This document shows positions 9,944 through 19,220 of a stretch of DNA of 64,000 bases, piece after piece (position 1 is the stretch's first letter; each line of letters starts with the position of its first letter). Both the position numbers and the translations under genes were made by a program. The stretch is from assembly GCA_044450345.1 (NCBI GenBank), contig JBIOIY010000006.1, positions 29,696 to 93,695 of the forward strand, read 5' to 3'. Below the pieces are notes generated by a model. It saw only the letters and a list, made by a program, of their open reading frames with translations, was not told the origin of the DNA and did not search any database. The DNA is from Thermodesulfovibrionales bacterium (lineage in GTDB: Bacteria > Nitrospirota > Thermodesulfovibrionia > Thermodesulfovibrionales > UBA6898).

Positions 9944-11912
9944 GAAATTCTATGTAACCACGCCGATTTATTATGTCAACGACGTCCCGCATATAGGACA
10001 TGCCTATACGACGGTGGCTGCCGATATCCTCGCCAGACACAACCGGCTTTTGGGGAACGAAGTGTTCTTCCTTACCGGGACCGATGAACACGGCCAAAAG
10101 GTCGAAAAGGCGGCTAAAGAAAATGGTCGTTCTCCCAAAGAGCATGCCGACCTGATGGTCGGCAACTTCAAGGAGCTCTGGAAGAGATTGAACATATCGA
10201 ACGACGGTTTCATTCGCACTACCGATGACGCTCATATCAAGACCGTGCAGGGGCTCCTTCAACTGTTACTGGACAGGGGAGAGATCGAAAAGAGGGAATA
10301 TTCGGGCTGGTATTGCACACCTGACGAGAGGTTCTGGACTGAGAAAGACCTTATCAACGGTCAGTGTCCGGACTGCGGCCGTCCTGTCGAACAGATACAT
10401 GAGGAGAATTATTTTTTCCTCATGTCCAGATATCAGGAGAGGCTGATCGAATATATAGAAAAAAATCCTGACTATATCCTGCCCGAGACCCGAAGAAACG
10501 AAGTCCTCGGGTTTCTGAGAAACAATGCCCTCGGCGACCTCTGCATCTCCCGGCCGAAGAGCAGGCTCTCGTGGGGCATCCCCCTTCCCTTTGACGAGAA
10601 CTTCGTCACCTACGTCTGGTTCGACGCTCTCGTCAACTATTTTTCGGCGACGCGCTATCTGGCGCCTGAGGCCTGCAAGGCGCGCGAGGGCAATTTCTGG
10701 TGGCCTGCGAATCATCACCTTGTCGGAAAAGACATCCTCACCACCCATGCGGTGTATTGGTCCACGATGCTAATGGCCCTGAACCTGCCATTGCCGCGCA
10801 ATATCTTTGCCCACGGCTGGTGGACAATTGAGGGGAAGAAGATGTCAAAATCCCTCGGCAATGTGGTTGATCCGAACGCGATCATTGAAAAATATGGGGC
10901 CGATGCCTTAAGATATTTCCTCTTCAGGGAAGTTTCGTTCGGCCTTGACGGAGATTATTCCGAAGACGCGTTGATACGGCGCATAAACACTGACCTTGCC
11001 AACGACCTGGGAAATCTTCTTTCACGGTTCCTTACCATGTCAGAGAAGTATTACGGCGGGCAAATTCCATTGCCTTCCGGAGCCTCGAATGATCTTGCCC
11101 GCGCGTGCATTGGCGAAATAGGGCACATTGTCGATGAAGATAATTTTACCCATTGGTCTCATCTTCGCTTTACCGTAATCCTAGATCATATTTGGGGGAT
11201 CATCAGCGCCGCCAATAACTTCATTGCGTCGCAGGAGCCATGGAAACTGCAAAAAACAAATCCGCAATTGCTCGAAACGGTGATGTTCAGCCTCTGGAAC
11301 GCCCTCCGGCTCAGCGCAATTTTTCTTTCACCATTCATGCCGGAAACTGCTGAGAAGATATGGAAACAGATAGGCTTTAGAGAGACGATGTTCGACAAGA
11401 TATCCGGAAGTCGTTCCCGGTCCGCCGGCCGAAAGTACCCCGATATCTTCACCTGGGAGTGGCGGCCTGATTATGAAATAAGAGTTTCCAAGGGGGAGCA
11501 GCTCTTCCCGAGGATCGAAAAGAAAAGGGGTGAAGAGGAGAAGGGGTTGACGGAAAAGACTGTGGAAGAGAAGGCGAAGTCGGCTGAAAATGCTATATCC
11601 ATACAGGACTTTATGAAGGTCGAGATGAAGATTGGGAAAGTAGTGAGCGCCGAAAGAGTAAAAAAATCAGAAAAACTTCTGAAACTGCAGGTGGACACCG
11701 GTGAAATGAGGCAGGTCGTTGCAGGCATCGGCAAGGCATACGCCCCTGAGGACCTCTTAGGCAGAAAGATAGTAGTCGTGACGAACCTTCAGCCGGCAAA
11801 GCTGATGGGCAATGAATCAAACGGGATGCTCCTTGCAGCAACGGGGGCCGACGGAACGCCTGTAATTCTCGTCCCTGAAAAAGACGTCGAAGAAGGCTCC
11901 CGGATAAAGTAG
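9936..11912 (+). CDS. metG: Methionyl-tRNA synthetase with C-terminal tRNA-binding domain
   Basis: YVTTPIYY, HIGH and KMSKS motifs. ATG at 9936 (MNKKFYV) preferred over the track start. Confidence 0.96.
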   Translation: MNKKFYVTTPIYYVNDVPHIGHAYTTVAADILARHNRLLGNEVFFLTGTDEHGQKVEKAAKENGRSPKEHADLMVGNFKELWKRLNISNDGFIRTTDDAHIKTVQGLLQLLLDRGEIEKREYSGWYCTPDERFWTEKDLINGQCPDCGRPVEQIHEENYFFLMSRYQERLIEYIEKNPDYILPETRRNEVLGFLRNNALGDLCISRPKSRLSWGIPLPFDENFVTYVWFDALVNYFSATRYLAPEACKAREGNFWWPANHHLVGKDILTTHAVYWSTMLMALNLPLPRNIFAHGWWTIEGKKMSKSLGNVVDPNAIIEKYGADALRYFLFREVSFGLDGDYSEDALIRRINTDLANDLGNLLSRFLTMSEKYYGGQIPLPSGASNDLARACIGEIGHIVDEDNFTHWSHLRFTVILDHIWGIISAANNFIASQEPWKLQKTNPQLLETVMFSLWNALRLSAIFLSPFMPETAEKIWKQIGFRETMFDKISGSRSRSAGRKYPDIFTWEWRPDYEIRVSKGEQLFPRIEKKRGEEEKGLTEKTVEEKAKSAENAISIQDFMKVEMKIGKVVSAERVKKSEKLLKLQVDTGEMRQVVAGIGKAYAPEDLLGRKIVVVTNLQPAKLMGNESNGMLLAATGADGTPVILVPEKDVEEGSRIK

Positions 11913-12001
11913 CTTATTTAATTTTATAATAGATTTATTAAAGGCCCAAAAAACATCAGTTCGGCGTTATCATAATGATTATTCCGTAGCGAGAGGACTA
12001 T

Positions 12002-12208
12002 ATGTCATTCAGGTGTAAGAATATGGAAGGCTGCCCCATGTATGATCTCCTCACCACAGCGGTGCGGATAATCCAGCTTCAGCCTTTTTTGATCGGCTAT
12101 TGTGAAAACCCCGCGAATTGCCGCGAGTGCGCCAGATATAAGCTTATTGAAATCGGCAAGGAACCGCCAATCGACCTCCTGCCCGATGGCAAGAAGCTGC
12201 CTTCTTAG
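12002..12208 (+). CDS. Small Cys-rich hypothetical protein (68 aa)
   Basis: SD GAGG; C-x5-CP...YC...C-x2-CARY...P.DLLP pattern. Confidence 0.6.
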   Translation: MSFRCKNMEGCPMYDLLTTAVRIIQLQPFLIGYCENPANCRECARYKLIEIGKEPPIDLLPDGKKLPS

Positions 12209-12504
12209 CCTTCATCCCCTTTCAGTCTTTCGATATATTCTTCCCATTCGAGCGGCAGCATATGCTTTTTTTTGTTGTTGCATTCCTTGCACGAAGGGAC
12301 GACGTTGCCCTTCGTCGACTTTCCCCCTCTGATTAGAGGGACGATATGGTCCATCGTGAGTTCTTTCGGAAGAAATTTATTATTACAGAAATAACAGACA
12401 CCCTCCGACCGTTTCCTTTTCCACCATTGTGACTGCCTCAACTCCCGCGCCCTGGCGCGCTCCCTTCTGACTTCTTCCTCGGCCACCTCCGGGACAAATG
12501 CCAT
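12205..12504 (-). CDS. Stand-alone HNH endonuclease family protein
   Basis: CYFC...TMDHIVP...N...CKECNN zinc-HNH motif. Confidence 0.9.
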   Translation of the reverse strand: MAFVPEVAEEEVRRERARARELRQSQWWKRKRSEGVCYFCNNKFLPKELTMDHIVPLIRGGKSTKGNVVPSCKECNNKKKHMLPLEWEEYIERLKGDEG

Positions 12505-12506
12505 CG

Positions 12507-14585
12507 CTATGGGAGGCCCGACCAGAGCATGCTTTGGTCCCTTCCGTTCTGCTTTGCATAGTAGAGGGCCTGGTCCGCCTTTTCTATAAGCTCTTCCTTG
12601 CTCTTCGCGTCGGAAGGAGAGGTAGCGATGCCTATGCTTACTGAGACCTCAATCTGCCTGCCGTTTGCAGAAAAGGGATTTTCTTTGACTTTACGTCTTA
12701 ACCTCTCTGCGATGTTCTTTGCCCCTTCGCCGGAGGTCCCCGGGAGGACGACGGCAAACTCCTCTCCCCCGTATCTTGCGGGAATGTCTATGTCGCGGAT
12801 CGTCTCCCTTATCACTGATGCAACCCCCTTAAGTACGAGGTCACCTATGGGATGGCCGTATGTGTCATTCACCTTCTTGAAATAGTCGATGTCCGTAAGG
12901 ATGAGGGAGATAGGTTCAGCAAACCTCTTCATGCGTTTGAACTCGTCCGCTAGCTCCTCTTGAAACTTCCTATGGTTGAAGAGGCCCGTGAGACCATCTG
13001 TCGCAGCCATCTTTTCGATCCTGGCATGCAGCTGTGCATTTGCTATCGAAGTCGAAGCCTGATTGGAGAAAATATCCAGCAGATTTATGCGGGAGCTGTC
13101 GAGAAAATCCTTTTCCTCGGAAAGCATGACCAGCAGCCCCAGGAGATTGCGCTCATATATCATGGGAATAGCCATGACCGAAAGAACATTTTCCGTCTCG
13201 AACGGCATAATTTTAATTGAGGGGTATTCCCGCAGGTCGGGGACATAATGTCTGTGCCTGTTCTCAATTGCAAAATTGACGATGGTCCCCCTGAAATCGA
13301 CAATGGCGGCCGCGCCGGATACGACGCCGGTATGGTACTTCAACTCAAAATTCCTGCCCTGACTGATAAAAAAAAATGATCGGGCCCCGGATATCTTCTC
13401 AGCCACCTTGCAGAGCTTCTCGGAAATCTCATCGATCTTCAGAGAGGTTACGAGGGATGAACTCTCCCGCTCCAGCATCTTCAACCCGGATAATTCACGG
13501 TTGAGCGCCATGGATATCCTCTGTCTTTCGAGGATCCTGATAAGGTGGTCTGCAAACATCTTGACCGTTTTTTCCGTGCCCTCTATCCCGCTGAAGGCCT
13601 GGTAGCGGGAGCTGTCGACGGTCAACACCCCGGTTACGGCTGACCCTTCCATGATCGGCGCTGCGATAACAGAGGTGATCTTCATCTTTCCTGTTTTGTG
13701 ATAGCCAAGGTCTGCGCCTTTGTCGTCAAGCTCACCGGACGAGAAAGTCTTCCTATCGCTCAGGCATTTGGCGATGACTCCACCATTTTTTGTAACAACA
13801 ACATCCTTTCCCTCTGTAGTGCACCTCAGTTCGATGCCTTCGCTGCAAGGAACGAAAAAATTGACGGAGTCGGCAAGGACGGCCTTTTTAATGGTGAGGA
13901 GGAGCTCTTTTATTTCCTCGTCGGTACTGCGGGCAAAAGCCACATAATGGACCATCATCTCGTCGTTGCTCAAAGATTCCATCTCGGCCTCACGCGTGAT
14001 GCCTTTTGCCTTGTCCCTGATCGCATTCAGCGATCTTTCAAGTTCTTCTTTCCCCTTTTTCGACTTATCGAACACTACTCCTGCCGTCAGCGCCGTAAGC
14101 ATAAGGAACAAAGAAAATGCCGCCTCTTCAATGAGTATCTCGGAAGAAAATGATGCCTTATGCAGCAGATAAGAAGCAAATGCCGAGAGAGAACCCTTTA
14201 ATCCAACGACAGGGATAAGCAAAGACAGACGAAGAATGGCCTTAACCGGAAAAAAATAAACTGCGGCAATAATAAGAGGGAAAAAGACCAGTTTAAGCCA
14301 AGGCAGCTTCAGTGCCGAAATAATACCAGCCAGGGCCACTAATACCACAAATAAAAACTCCGCAGACAATTCCCTTTTGTCAGCGCTGAAAACCAGAAAG
14401 GCATAGAGCAAGGCCGTCGCAACAGACAGCGGGAACCAGATGATAGGGCGTGTTACAGGGATATCAGTCAGCAGGAAAAGCCAGGAGACAACGAGCAAAA
14501 GGAGCGCCGTGCTCCTCTTCAGCCAGTAGCTCTGCCTTTCTTTATCTCCTCTTCCCGGAAGAATTTTTTGTAGAGTACTTCCCAT
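12507..14585 (-). CDS. Membrane diguanylate cyclase (TM-GAF-GAF-GGDEF); start uncertain
   Basis: N-terminal hydrophobic helices, two GAF-like regions, DGLTGLFN, RxxD I-site (RDID) and GGEEF. Confidence 0.88.
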   Translation of the reverse strand: MGSTLQKILPGRGDKERQSYWLKRSTALLLLVVSWLFLLTDIPVTRPIIWFPLSVATALLYAFLVFSADKRELSAEFLFVVLVALAGIISALKLPWLKLVFFPLIIAAVYFFPVKAILRLSLLIPVVGLKGSLSAFASYLLHKASFSSEILIEEAAFSLFLMLTALTAGVVFDKSKKGKEELERSLNAIRDKAKGITREAEMESLSNDEMMVHYVAFARSTDEEIKELLLTIKKAVLADSVNFFVPCSEGIELRCTTEGKDVVVTKNGGVIAKCLSDRKTFSSGELDDKGADLGYHKTGKMKITSVIAAPIMEGSAVTGVLTVDSSRYQAFSGIEGTEKTVKMFADHLIRILERQRISMALNRELSGLKMLERESSSLVTSLKIDEISEKLCKVAEKISGARSFFFISQGRNFELKYHTGVVSGAAAIVDFRGTIVNFAIENRHRHYVPDLREYPSIKIMPFETENVLSVMAIPMIYERNLLGLLVMLSEEKDFLDSSRINLLDIFSNQASTSIANAQLHARIEKMAATDGLTGLFNHRKFQEELADEFKRMKRFAEPISLILTDIDYFKKVNDTYGHPIGDLVLKGVASVIRETIRDIDIPARYGGEEFAVVLPGTSGEGAKNIAERLRRKVKENPFSANGRQIEVSVSIGIATSPSDAKSKEELIEKADQALYYAKQNGRDQSMLWSGLP

Positions 14586-14803
14586 TCGGGGCTGCCTTCT
14601 ATCAACTTCTTCGAAAACGACTGGAGTTTCTTTCTGACAATCTGATCTATATCCTCCCCTATCTTCAGTTCCGAAACGATCGTGCGTTTTATCTCGCGCC
14701 GTATTGCGCCCTCGTCCTCAACCAGTTCGACCAGGCCCTGCTGCATCAGGCCCTTGAGGAGTACATGACTGAGATGAGATATCTTATCCTCGGAGAGCAT
14801 CAT
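14519..14803 (-). CDS. DUF507 family protein
   Basis: LSEDKISHLSH...IEGSPEWEVLYKK pattern; tandem with a paralogue. Confidence 0.75.
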   Translation of the reverse strand: MMLSEDKISHLSHVLLKGLMQQGLVELVEDEGAIRREIKRTIVSELKIGEDIDQIVRKKLQSFSKKLIEGSPEWEVLYKKFFREEEIKKGRATG

Positions 14804-15081
14804 AGGACCAGGTTTCTCTCCTTCACAAGCTTATGTTTCGTGAGTTCAAAAAGCTTCCGGTAGTCCATCCTGCCCCGTTCGATATCCGTGGAGTGCTTTT
14901 TCAACAGTTCCCGCACCTCGTCATTGAGCCTGTCTTCCACCATGAGCTCTTCCATGACGATCTCTTCCGTCTTCGCGATGAACTTGTCCATGGGGACCGT
15001 GATCTTCACAACCTCCCTTGAAGTCAGGTTCTCGGCCACCTTCCTGGCCAGTATCTGCACCCAGGACTTCGGGACCCTCAT
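14800..15081 (-). CDS. DUF507 family protein
   Basis: EDRLNDEVRELL...DYRKLFEL.K.KL..ER pattern. Confidence 0.78.
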   Translation of the reverse strand: MRVPKSWVQILARKVAENLTSREVVKITVPMDKFIAKTEEIVMEELMVEDRLNDEVRELLKKHSTDIERGRMDYRKLFELTKHKLVKERNLVL

Positions 15082-15082
15082 C

Positions 15083-15313
15083 TTATTTCTCTACGAAGGA
15101 AAGGAGCGCTATATTCCTGCCTCTCATGATCGCTTCGTTCAGTTCCCTCTGGTGCTTCGCGCACGTGCCTGTCATCCTCCTTGAAAGTATCTTCCCTCTT
15201 TCGGTCAGATATGACCTGAGGAGCCTGATGTCCTTATAATCTATAAACTCCGTCTTCTCAGAGCAGAACTTGCAGAACTTTCTCCTCTGGAACCTTTTCT
15301 GTTGATACGCCAT
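15083..15313 (-). CDS. rpsR: 30S ribosomal protein S18 (Cys-containing form)
   Basis: CKFC, IDYKD, ERGKI..RR.TG.CAKHQR motifs. Confidence 0.97.
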   Translation of the reverse strand: MAYQQKRFQRRKFCKFCSEKTEFIDYKDIRLLRSYLTERGKILSRRMTGTCAKHQRELNEAIMRGRNIALLSFVEK

Positions 15314-15368
15314 GATGTCTCCTTTCGAATGTATATCTAAGTAATTAGTTTGTCAGATCGATCTATCG

Positions 15369-15764
15369 TTAAAACGGTTCTAAATCGGTCGTTTCTTCCG
15401 GCGGAGCGAAATCCTCTCCTCCGCCTCCGCTCTGTGCCCCGCTCTTTTTAGATGAAAGGAACTTGACAGATTGGGCAACGACCTCAAATTTTCTCCGCTG
15501 CTGTCCGTCCGATTCCCATCGTCTTTCCTGGAGCCTGCCTTCGACAAGGGCAGAACTGCCCTTGTTCAGGTACTGGCCGCAGGACTCGGCCTGCTTGCCG
15601 AAGACAACGATATCGATAAAGGTCGTCTCCTTTTTCCATTCATCACCCTGTTTGTAAGAGTAGTTTATGGCAAGACTGAATGTGGCCACAGGCGTTCCCT
15701 GCGGGGTATATCTCAGTTCGGGGTCTTTGGTAAGATTTCCGATGAGTATTACCTTGTTATACAT
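15369..15764 (-). CDS. ssb: Single-stranded DNA-binding protein
   Basis: NKVILIGNLTKDPELRYT; acidic C-terminal tail ending PF. Confidence 0.97.
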   Translation of the reverse strand: MYNKVILIGNLTKDPELRYTPQGTPVATFSLAINYSYKQGDEWKKETTFIDIVVFGKQAESCGQYLNKGSSALVEGRLQERRWESDGQQRRKFEVVAQSVKFLSSKKSGAQSGGGGEDFAPPEETTDLEPF

Positions 15765-16115
15765 TTAGGCCTCGCTTTTCGGTTGTTCGGCCTCGGCGGC
15801 CTGGATGGCCTCAAAGTGTTTTACCTGCTTCGGCCCGAGCTTGATCACCATATACTTGATAACCGGATCGAAGACCTTGTAAAACTCCTCGAGTTTCTTG
15901 ACAGTCGCAGGCGGGGTCTTGAAGATGAGAAGCGTATACATACCCTTGTTCTGCTTCTTGATCTCGTAGGCCAGTTTTCTCCTGCCCCACATGTCGGTCT
16001 TGAGGATCTCTCCTCCCGAATTGACGATCAAGTCCTTGATCTTCTGGAGTGATGCGTTGATTTCTTCGTCGGGGAGCGCAGCGTTAAGGATAACGATATT
16101 TTCGTAGATGTTCAT
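15765..16115 (-). CDS. rpsF: 30S ribosomal protein S6
   Basis: YE...WGRRKLAYEI motif. Confidence 0.96.
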   Translation of the reverse strand: MNIYENIVILNAALPDEEINASLQKIKDLIVNSGGEILKTDMWGRRKLAYEIKKQNKGMYTLLIFKTPPATVKKLEEFYKVFDPVIKYMVIKLGPKQVKHFEAIQAAEAEQPKSEA

Positions 16116-16120
16116 TCAAA

Positions 16121-16190
16121 CACCTCCTTATGGATTTTTCCCCACCGTGGCAGGGACTAAAGCCCTTCCCAAAGGAAAGAGCAAGGAGCA
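16121..16190 (-). promoter_or_regulatory. rpsF leader (S6:S18-binding RNA)
   Basis: CTCCTT pairs with the SD AAGGAG; inner hairpin GCTCTTTCC/GGGAAGGGC; CCA motif just before the SD. Confidence 0.75.
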
Positions 16191-16194
16191 TTAA

Positions 16195-16224
16195 TTTATA
16201 CCACATATGTACAAGATCCGTCAA
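16195..16224 (-). promoter_or_regulatory. sigma70 promoter of the rpsF operon
   Basis: TTGACG-18 nt-TATAAA with a TG extension, immediately upstream of the leader. Confidence 0.65.
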
Positions 16225-16355
16225 CAAAACCGCGCCGCCTAATCCACCATCACCTTTCCGCGGAGACGCATTCGATCGGCTTCATCAGGTCCTGCATCGC
16301 GGGATCCTCGCAGTTGAGCGCTCCCTGTCGTCAATATCCCTAATGAGATGACTTC

Positions 16356-16664
16356 TTAATTTCCCCTCACCCGTATGACCACAGTGTTGATTTTGTCGAT
16401 CACCACCACGGCGTCATAGAAGTCCCTGCCCGACAACTTTGTGATGTGAACCAGGTGGCTGCCGACCTTTGTAACAGTCCCCTCTAATGCCTCCCCGGTG
16501 TCTGTCCTAACCGACACTCGCTTTCCAATATATGAGTTCAAGACATCCTTGATCCCATATGACTCGTTAAGCTCGAATTTGCTCTCCTCTGCAAAAAGAT
16601 TCACGGTAAAAACCAAACAAAAAATCACCGCTACTGCCACCGACACTGTCTTTTTGGTTTTCAT
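16356..16664 (-). CDS. Exported hypothetical protein, possibly Sm-like beta fold
   Basis: SD GAGGAG, signal peptide ending LFA, beta-rich GKRVSV...LEGTVTKVG pattern. Confidence 0.65.
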   Translation of the reverse strand: MKTKKTVSVAVAVIFCLVFTVNLFAEESKFELNESYGIKDVLNSYIGKRVSVRTDTGEALEGTVTKVGSHLVHITKLSGRDFYDAVVVIDKINTVVIRVRGN

Positions 16665-16811
16665 TCTCTCCTCCTCTTGTAACGCATTAGGACATTATTG
16701 CTTCTTTCTGTACGGTTCTCACACGCAGTTAACTTATCACTTCGGCAAATAAATATCAAAAGCTTCTTTCGACTTTTGGTCTTCCCGATGCCATTTGATT
16801 TATAATTAAGA

Positions 16812-17879
16812 GTGGTCAAAAAGATAGAAGAAAAGATCCTCTCCGGCAAGCGCCTAACAGAGCGTGACGCGCTCAAGCTCTTTGAGACTGATGATATCTT
16901 TTCCCTGGGCAGGCTCGCATCTTCCATAGCGGAAAAGAAAAACGGGAACAAGGCCTACTTCATACGCAACAGGCATATCAACCCGACGAACATCTGCGTA
17001 AACAGATGCAGGTTCTGTGCATTCAGCAGGTCTGCCGGGCAGGAAGGCGCCTTTGAACTGACTATCGAAGAAATTGTCAACAAACTTCGGCCGCTGGTCC
17101 GCACTGGTCGTCCTATTTCCGAGGTCCACATTGTGGGCGGACTCCATCCAGACTGGCCTTTCGAATATTACCTCGAGATGATCTCGACGATTAAAAAACA
17201 CTTCCCGCAGTTGCATATCAAGGCATTTACGGCGGTCGAGGTCGACTATATGGCCGGGATAAGCGGCCTCGGACTTGGAGAAACACTCACGGCCCTGAAG
17301 TCGAACGGCCTCGGATCGATGCCAGGAGGGGGGGCCGAGATATTCGCCCCTGCAATCAGGGGCCGTCTCTGCCCGGAAAAAATATCCGGCACGAGATGGC
17401 TTGAAGTGATGATGGCAGCCCACCGCGCCGGAATTAGGACAAACGCCACTATGTTGTACGGACACATCGAAAAATATGAGGACCGTGCCGACCATCTCGT
17501 CAGGCTCAGAAAACTCCAGGACAGGACAGGAGGGTTCCAGGCGTTTATTCCCCTTGCGTATCATCCTAAGAATACAAGAATAAAAGGGAGATACACATCC
17601 GGGATCGATGACCTAAAGACTATTGCGATAAGTCGTTTGTTTCTGGATAATTTCGATCACATCAAGGCATATTGGATCATGCTCGGAGAAAAGATATCCC
17701 AGCTCGCACTGAAATTCGGTGCCGACGACATCGACGGAACGATCATCGAGGAAAAGATCACGCACTCGGCCGGAGCGATGACAGGGGAACAGCTTTCGGC
17801 TGATCAGCTTATATTCTTGATAAAGAGGGCCGGGAAGGTCCCGGTTGAAAGAGATTCGTTTTATCGGAAGGTCCGATGA
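16812..17879 (+). CDS. mqnE: Aminofutalosine synthase (radical SAM)
   Basis: CxxxCxxC (CVNRCRFC), HIKAFTAVE and HIKAYWIM motifs; adjacent to mqnC. Confidence 0.88.
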   Translation: MVKKIEEKILSGKRLTERDALKLFETDDIFSLGRLASSIAEKKNGNKAYFIRNRHINPTNICVNRCRFCAFSRSAGQEGAFELTIEEIVNKLRPLVRTGRPISEVHIVGGLHPDWPFEYYLEMISTIKKHFPQLHIKAFTAVEVDYMAGISGLGLGETLTALKSNGLGSMPGGGAEIFAPAIRGRLCPEKISGTRWLEVMMAAHRAGIRTNATMLYGHIEKYEDRADHLVRLRKLQDRTGGFQAFIPLAYHPKNTRIKGRYTSGIDDLKTIAISRLFLDNFDHIKAYWIMLGEKISQLALKFGADDIDGTIIEEKITHSAGAMTGEQLSADQLIFLIKRAGKVPVERDSFYRKVR

Positions 17880-18934
17880 AGAAGAGGGAACGCGGTAGGA
17901 TTTCTAAGAGGCGCGCGCTCACCATGCTGAAAAATGCCGACCTGCTCGAACTTGGTGCCGAGGCGGACGGTATAAGAAAGGCGATCCATCCGGAAGGCAT
18001 CGTTACTTTTATAGTCGACAGGAACATTAACTATACGAATGTATGCATCAACAAGTGCAGGTTCTGCGCCTTCTGGAGGGACGAGGACGCGCCGGATGCC
18101 TACCTTCTCGATGAAAAAACTCTCTTTGCAAAGATCGAGGAGACCATAAAACTCGGCGGTACCCAGATACTGATACAGGGCGGGCTTCACCCTTCACTCG
18201 ACATCAATTACTACGTGAAATTACTGACATCGATTAAACAAAGATTCAACATTAATGTGCATGGCTTTTCACCTCCTGAAATATGCTATATCGCTGATAC
18301 CTCCGACCTTACGATAAGAGAGACCCTCAGCATATTGAGAGGGGCAGGGCTTGATTCGGTCCCCGGCGGCGGTGCGGAAATCCTTTCGGACAGGGTGAGG
18401 GAGATACTCAGCCCTAAAAAGATAAAGTCCTCCCGCTGGCTAGCCGTCATGGAAAGCGCCCACAGAATCGGTATGAGGACCACCGCAACCATGATGTTCG
18501 GCAGCATCGAAAGCCCGGAGGACATCATCGAACATCTCGATTCCATCAGGAAACTGCAGGACAGGACCGGGGGCTTTACCGCCTTCATCCCATGGTCGTT
18601 CCAGCCGGGGAACACCGAATTAAGTAGGAGCTTATCGCACTACACCTCTGTTACCGCTGTCGATTATCTCAGGGTGCTCGCCCTTTCGAGGATCTATCTT
18701 GACAACGTTGATAACATTCAGGCCTCCTGGGTAACACAGGGGCTTAAACTGGCCCAGGTCAGTCTGAGATTCGGGGCGAACGACTTCGGCTCGACGATGA
18801 TAGAGGAAAATGTGGTCGCGTCTACAGGCGTCAGCTACCAGGTGTCGAAAGACGATATTCTCAACGCCATCAAAACATCGGGATTTAAACCGGCACAGAG
18901 AGACACCTACTACAACCTGATTAAAAGATTTTAA
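17876..18934 (+). CDS. mqnC: Cyclic dehypoxanthinyl futalosine synthase (radical SAM)
   Basis: DRNINYTNVC..KCRFC, IQASWVTQG and GANDFGSTMIEENVV motifs. Confidence 0.9.
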   Translation: MKKRERGRISKRRALTMLKNADLLELGAEADGIRKAIHPEGIVTFIVDRNINYTNVCINKCRFCAFWRDEDAPDAYLLDEKTLFAKIEETIKLGGTQILIQGGLHPSLDINYYVKLLTSIKQRFNINVHGFSPPEICYIADTSDLTIRETLSILRGAGLDSVPGGGAEILSDRVREILSPKKIKSSRWLAVMESAHRIGMRTTATMMFGSIESPEDIIEHLDSIRKLQDRTGGFTAFIPWSFQPGNTELSRSLSHYTSVTAVDYLRVLALSRIYLDNVDNIQASWVTQGLKLAQVSLRFGANDFGSTMIEENVVASTGVSYQVSKDDILNAIKTSGFKPAQRDTYYNLIKRF

Positions 18935-19065
18935 AGCTTCCCTGATCCCTGTAACCCTTTAGTATTGTCGAGTTAGTATTGTCGAGGAAAAAGCCGGCGA
19001 CGGGCTCGATCTCGATGACTCCTTAGATAATCCTAAATTGCTTGTCTAATCTCTTCTTTTTCCAT
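18931..19065 (-). pseudogene. Collapsed gene remnant, possibly of a pyridoxamine-5'-phosphate-oxidase-like protein
   Basis: SD-like AAGGGG + MEKEEIRQAI*DYLRSH joined out of frame to VIEIEPVAGFFLDNT..KG, with an internal 14-bp duplication. Confidence 0.4.
18959..18986. repeat. Perfect 14-bp tandem duplication (TTAGTATTGTCGAG x2)
   Basis: Read directly from the sequence. Confidence 0.95.
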
Positions 19066-19220
19066 CCGATGCCCCTTATTAAACCGGAATCTCCCTCTTA
19101 CTTTATATGGGGGCTTGGATCGGCGTGCAACGGGCGGTTTCCGAAGGCCCTTCATGCTGACAAGTCCTCATGGAGTATGGTTAAATAATTATTAAATGAG
19201 TGGAGATTTCCGGAGGAGAT

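Noticed and set aside
12205..12504. HNH protein as a homing endonuclease, phage marker or defence gene
   Set aside because: No intron, integrase, terminase or methylase nearby; it sits tightly in a housekeeping operon.
16240..16340. Possible gene fragment ALNCEDPAMQDLMKPIECV on the minus strand
   Set aside because: Too short to assign and lacks a start signal.
18959..18986. Tandem repeat as a CRISPR array or target-site duplication
   Set aside because: Only two adjacent 14-bp copies, with no spacer, cas genes or transposase.
19033..19035. In-frame TAG as a pyrrolysine codon
   Set aside because: Readthrough gives only about 30 aa; the surrounding frameshift and duplication indicate decay.
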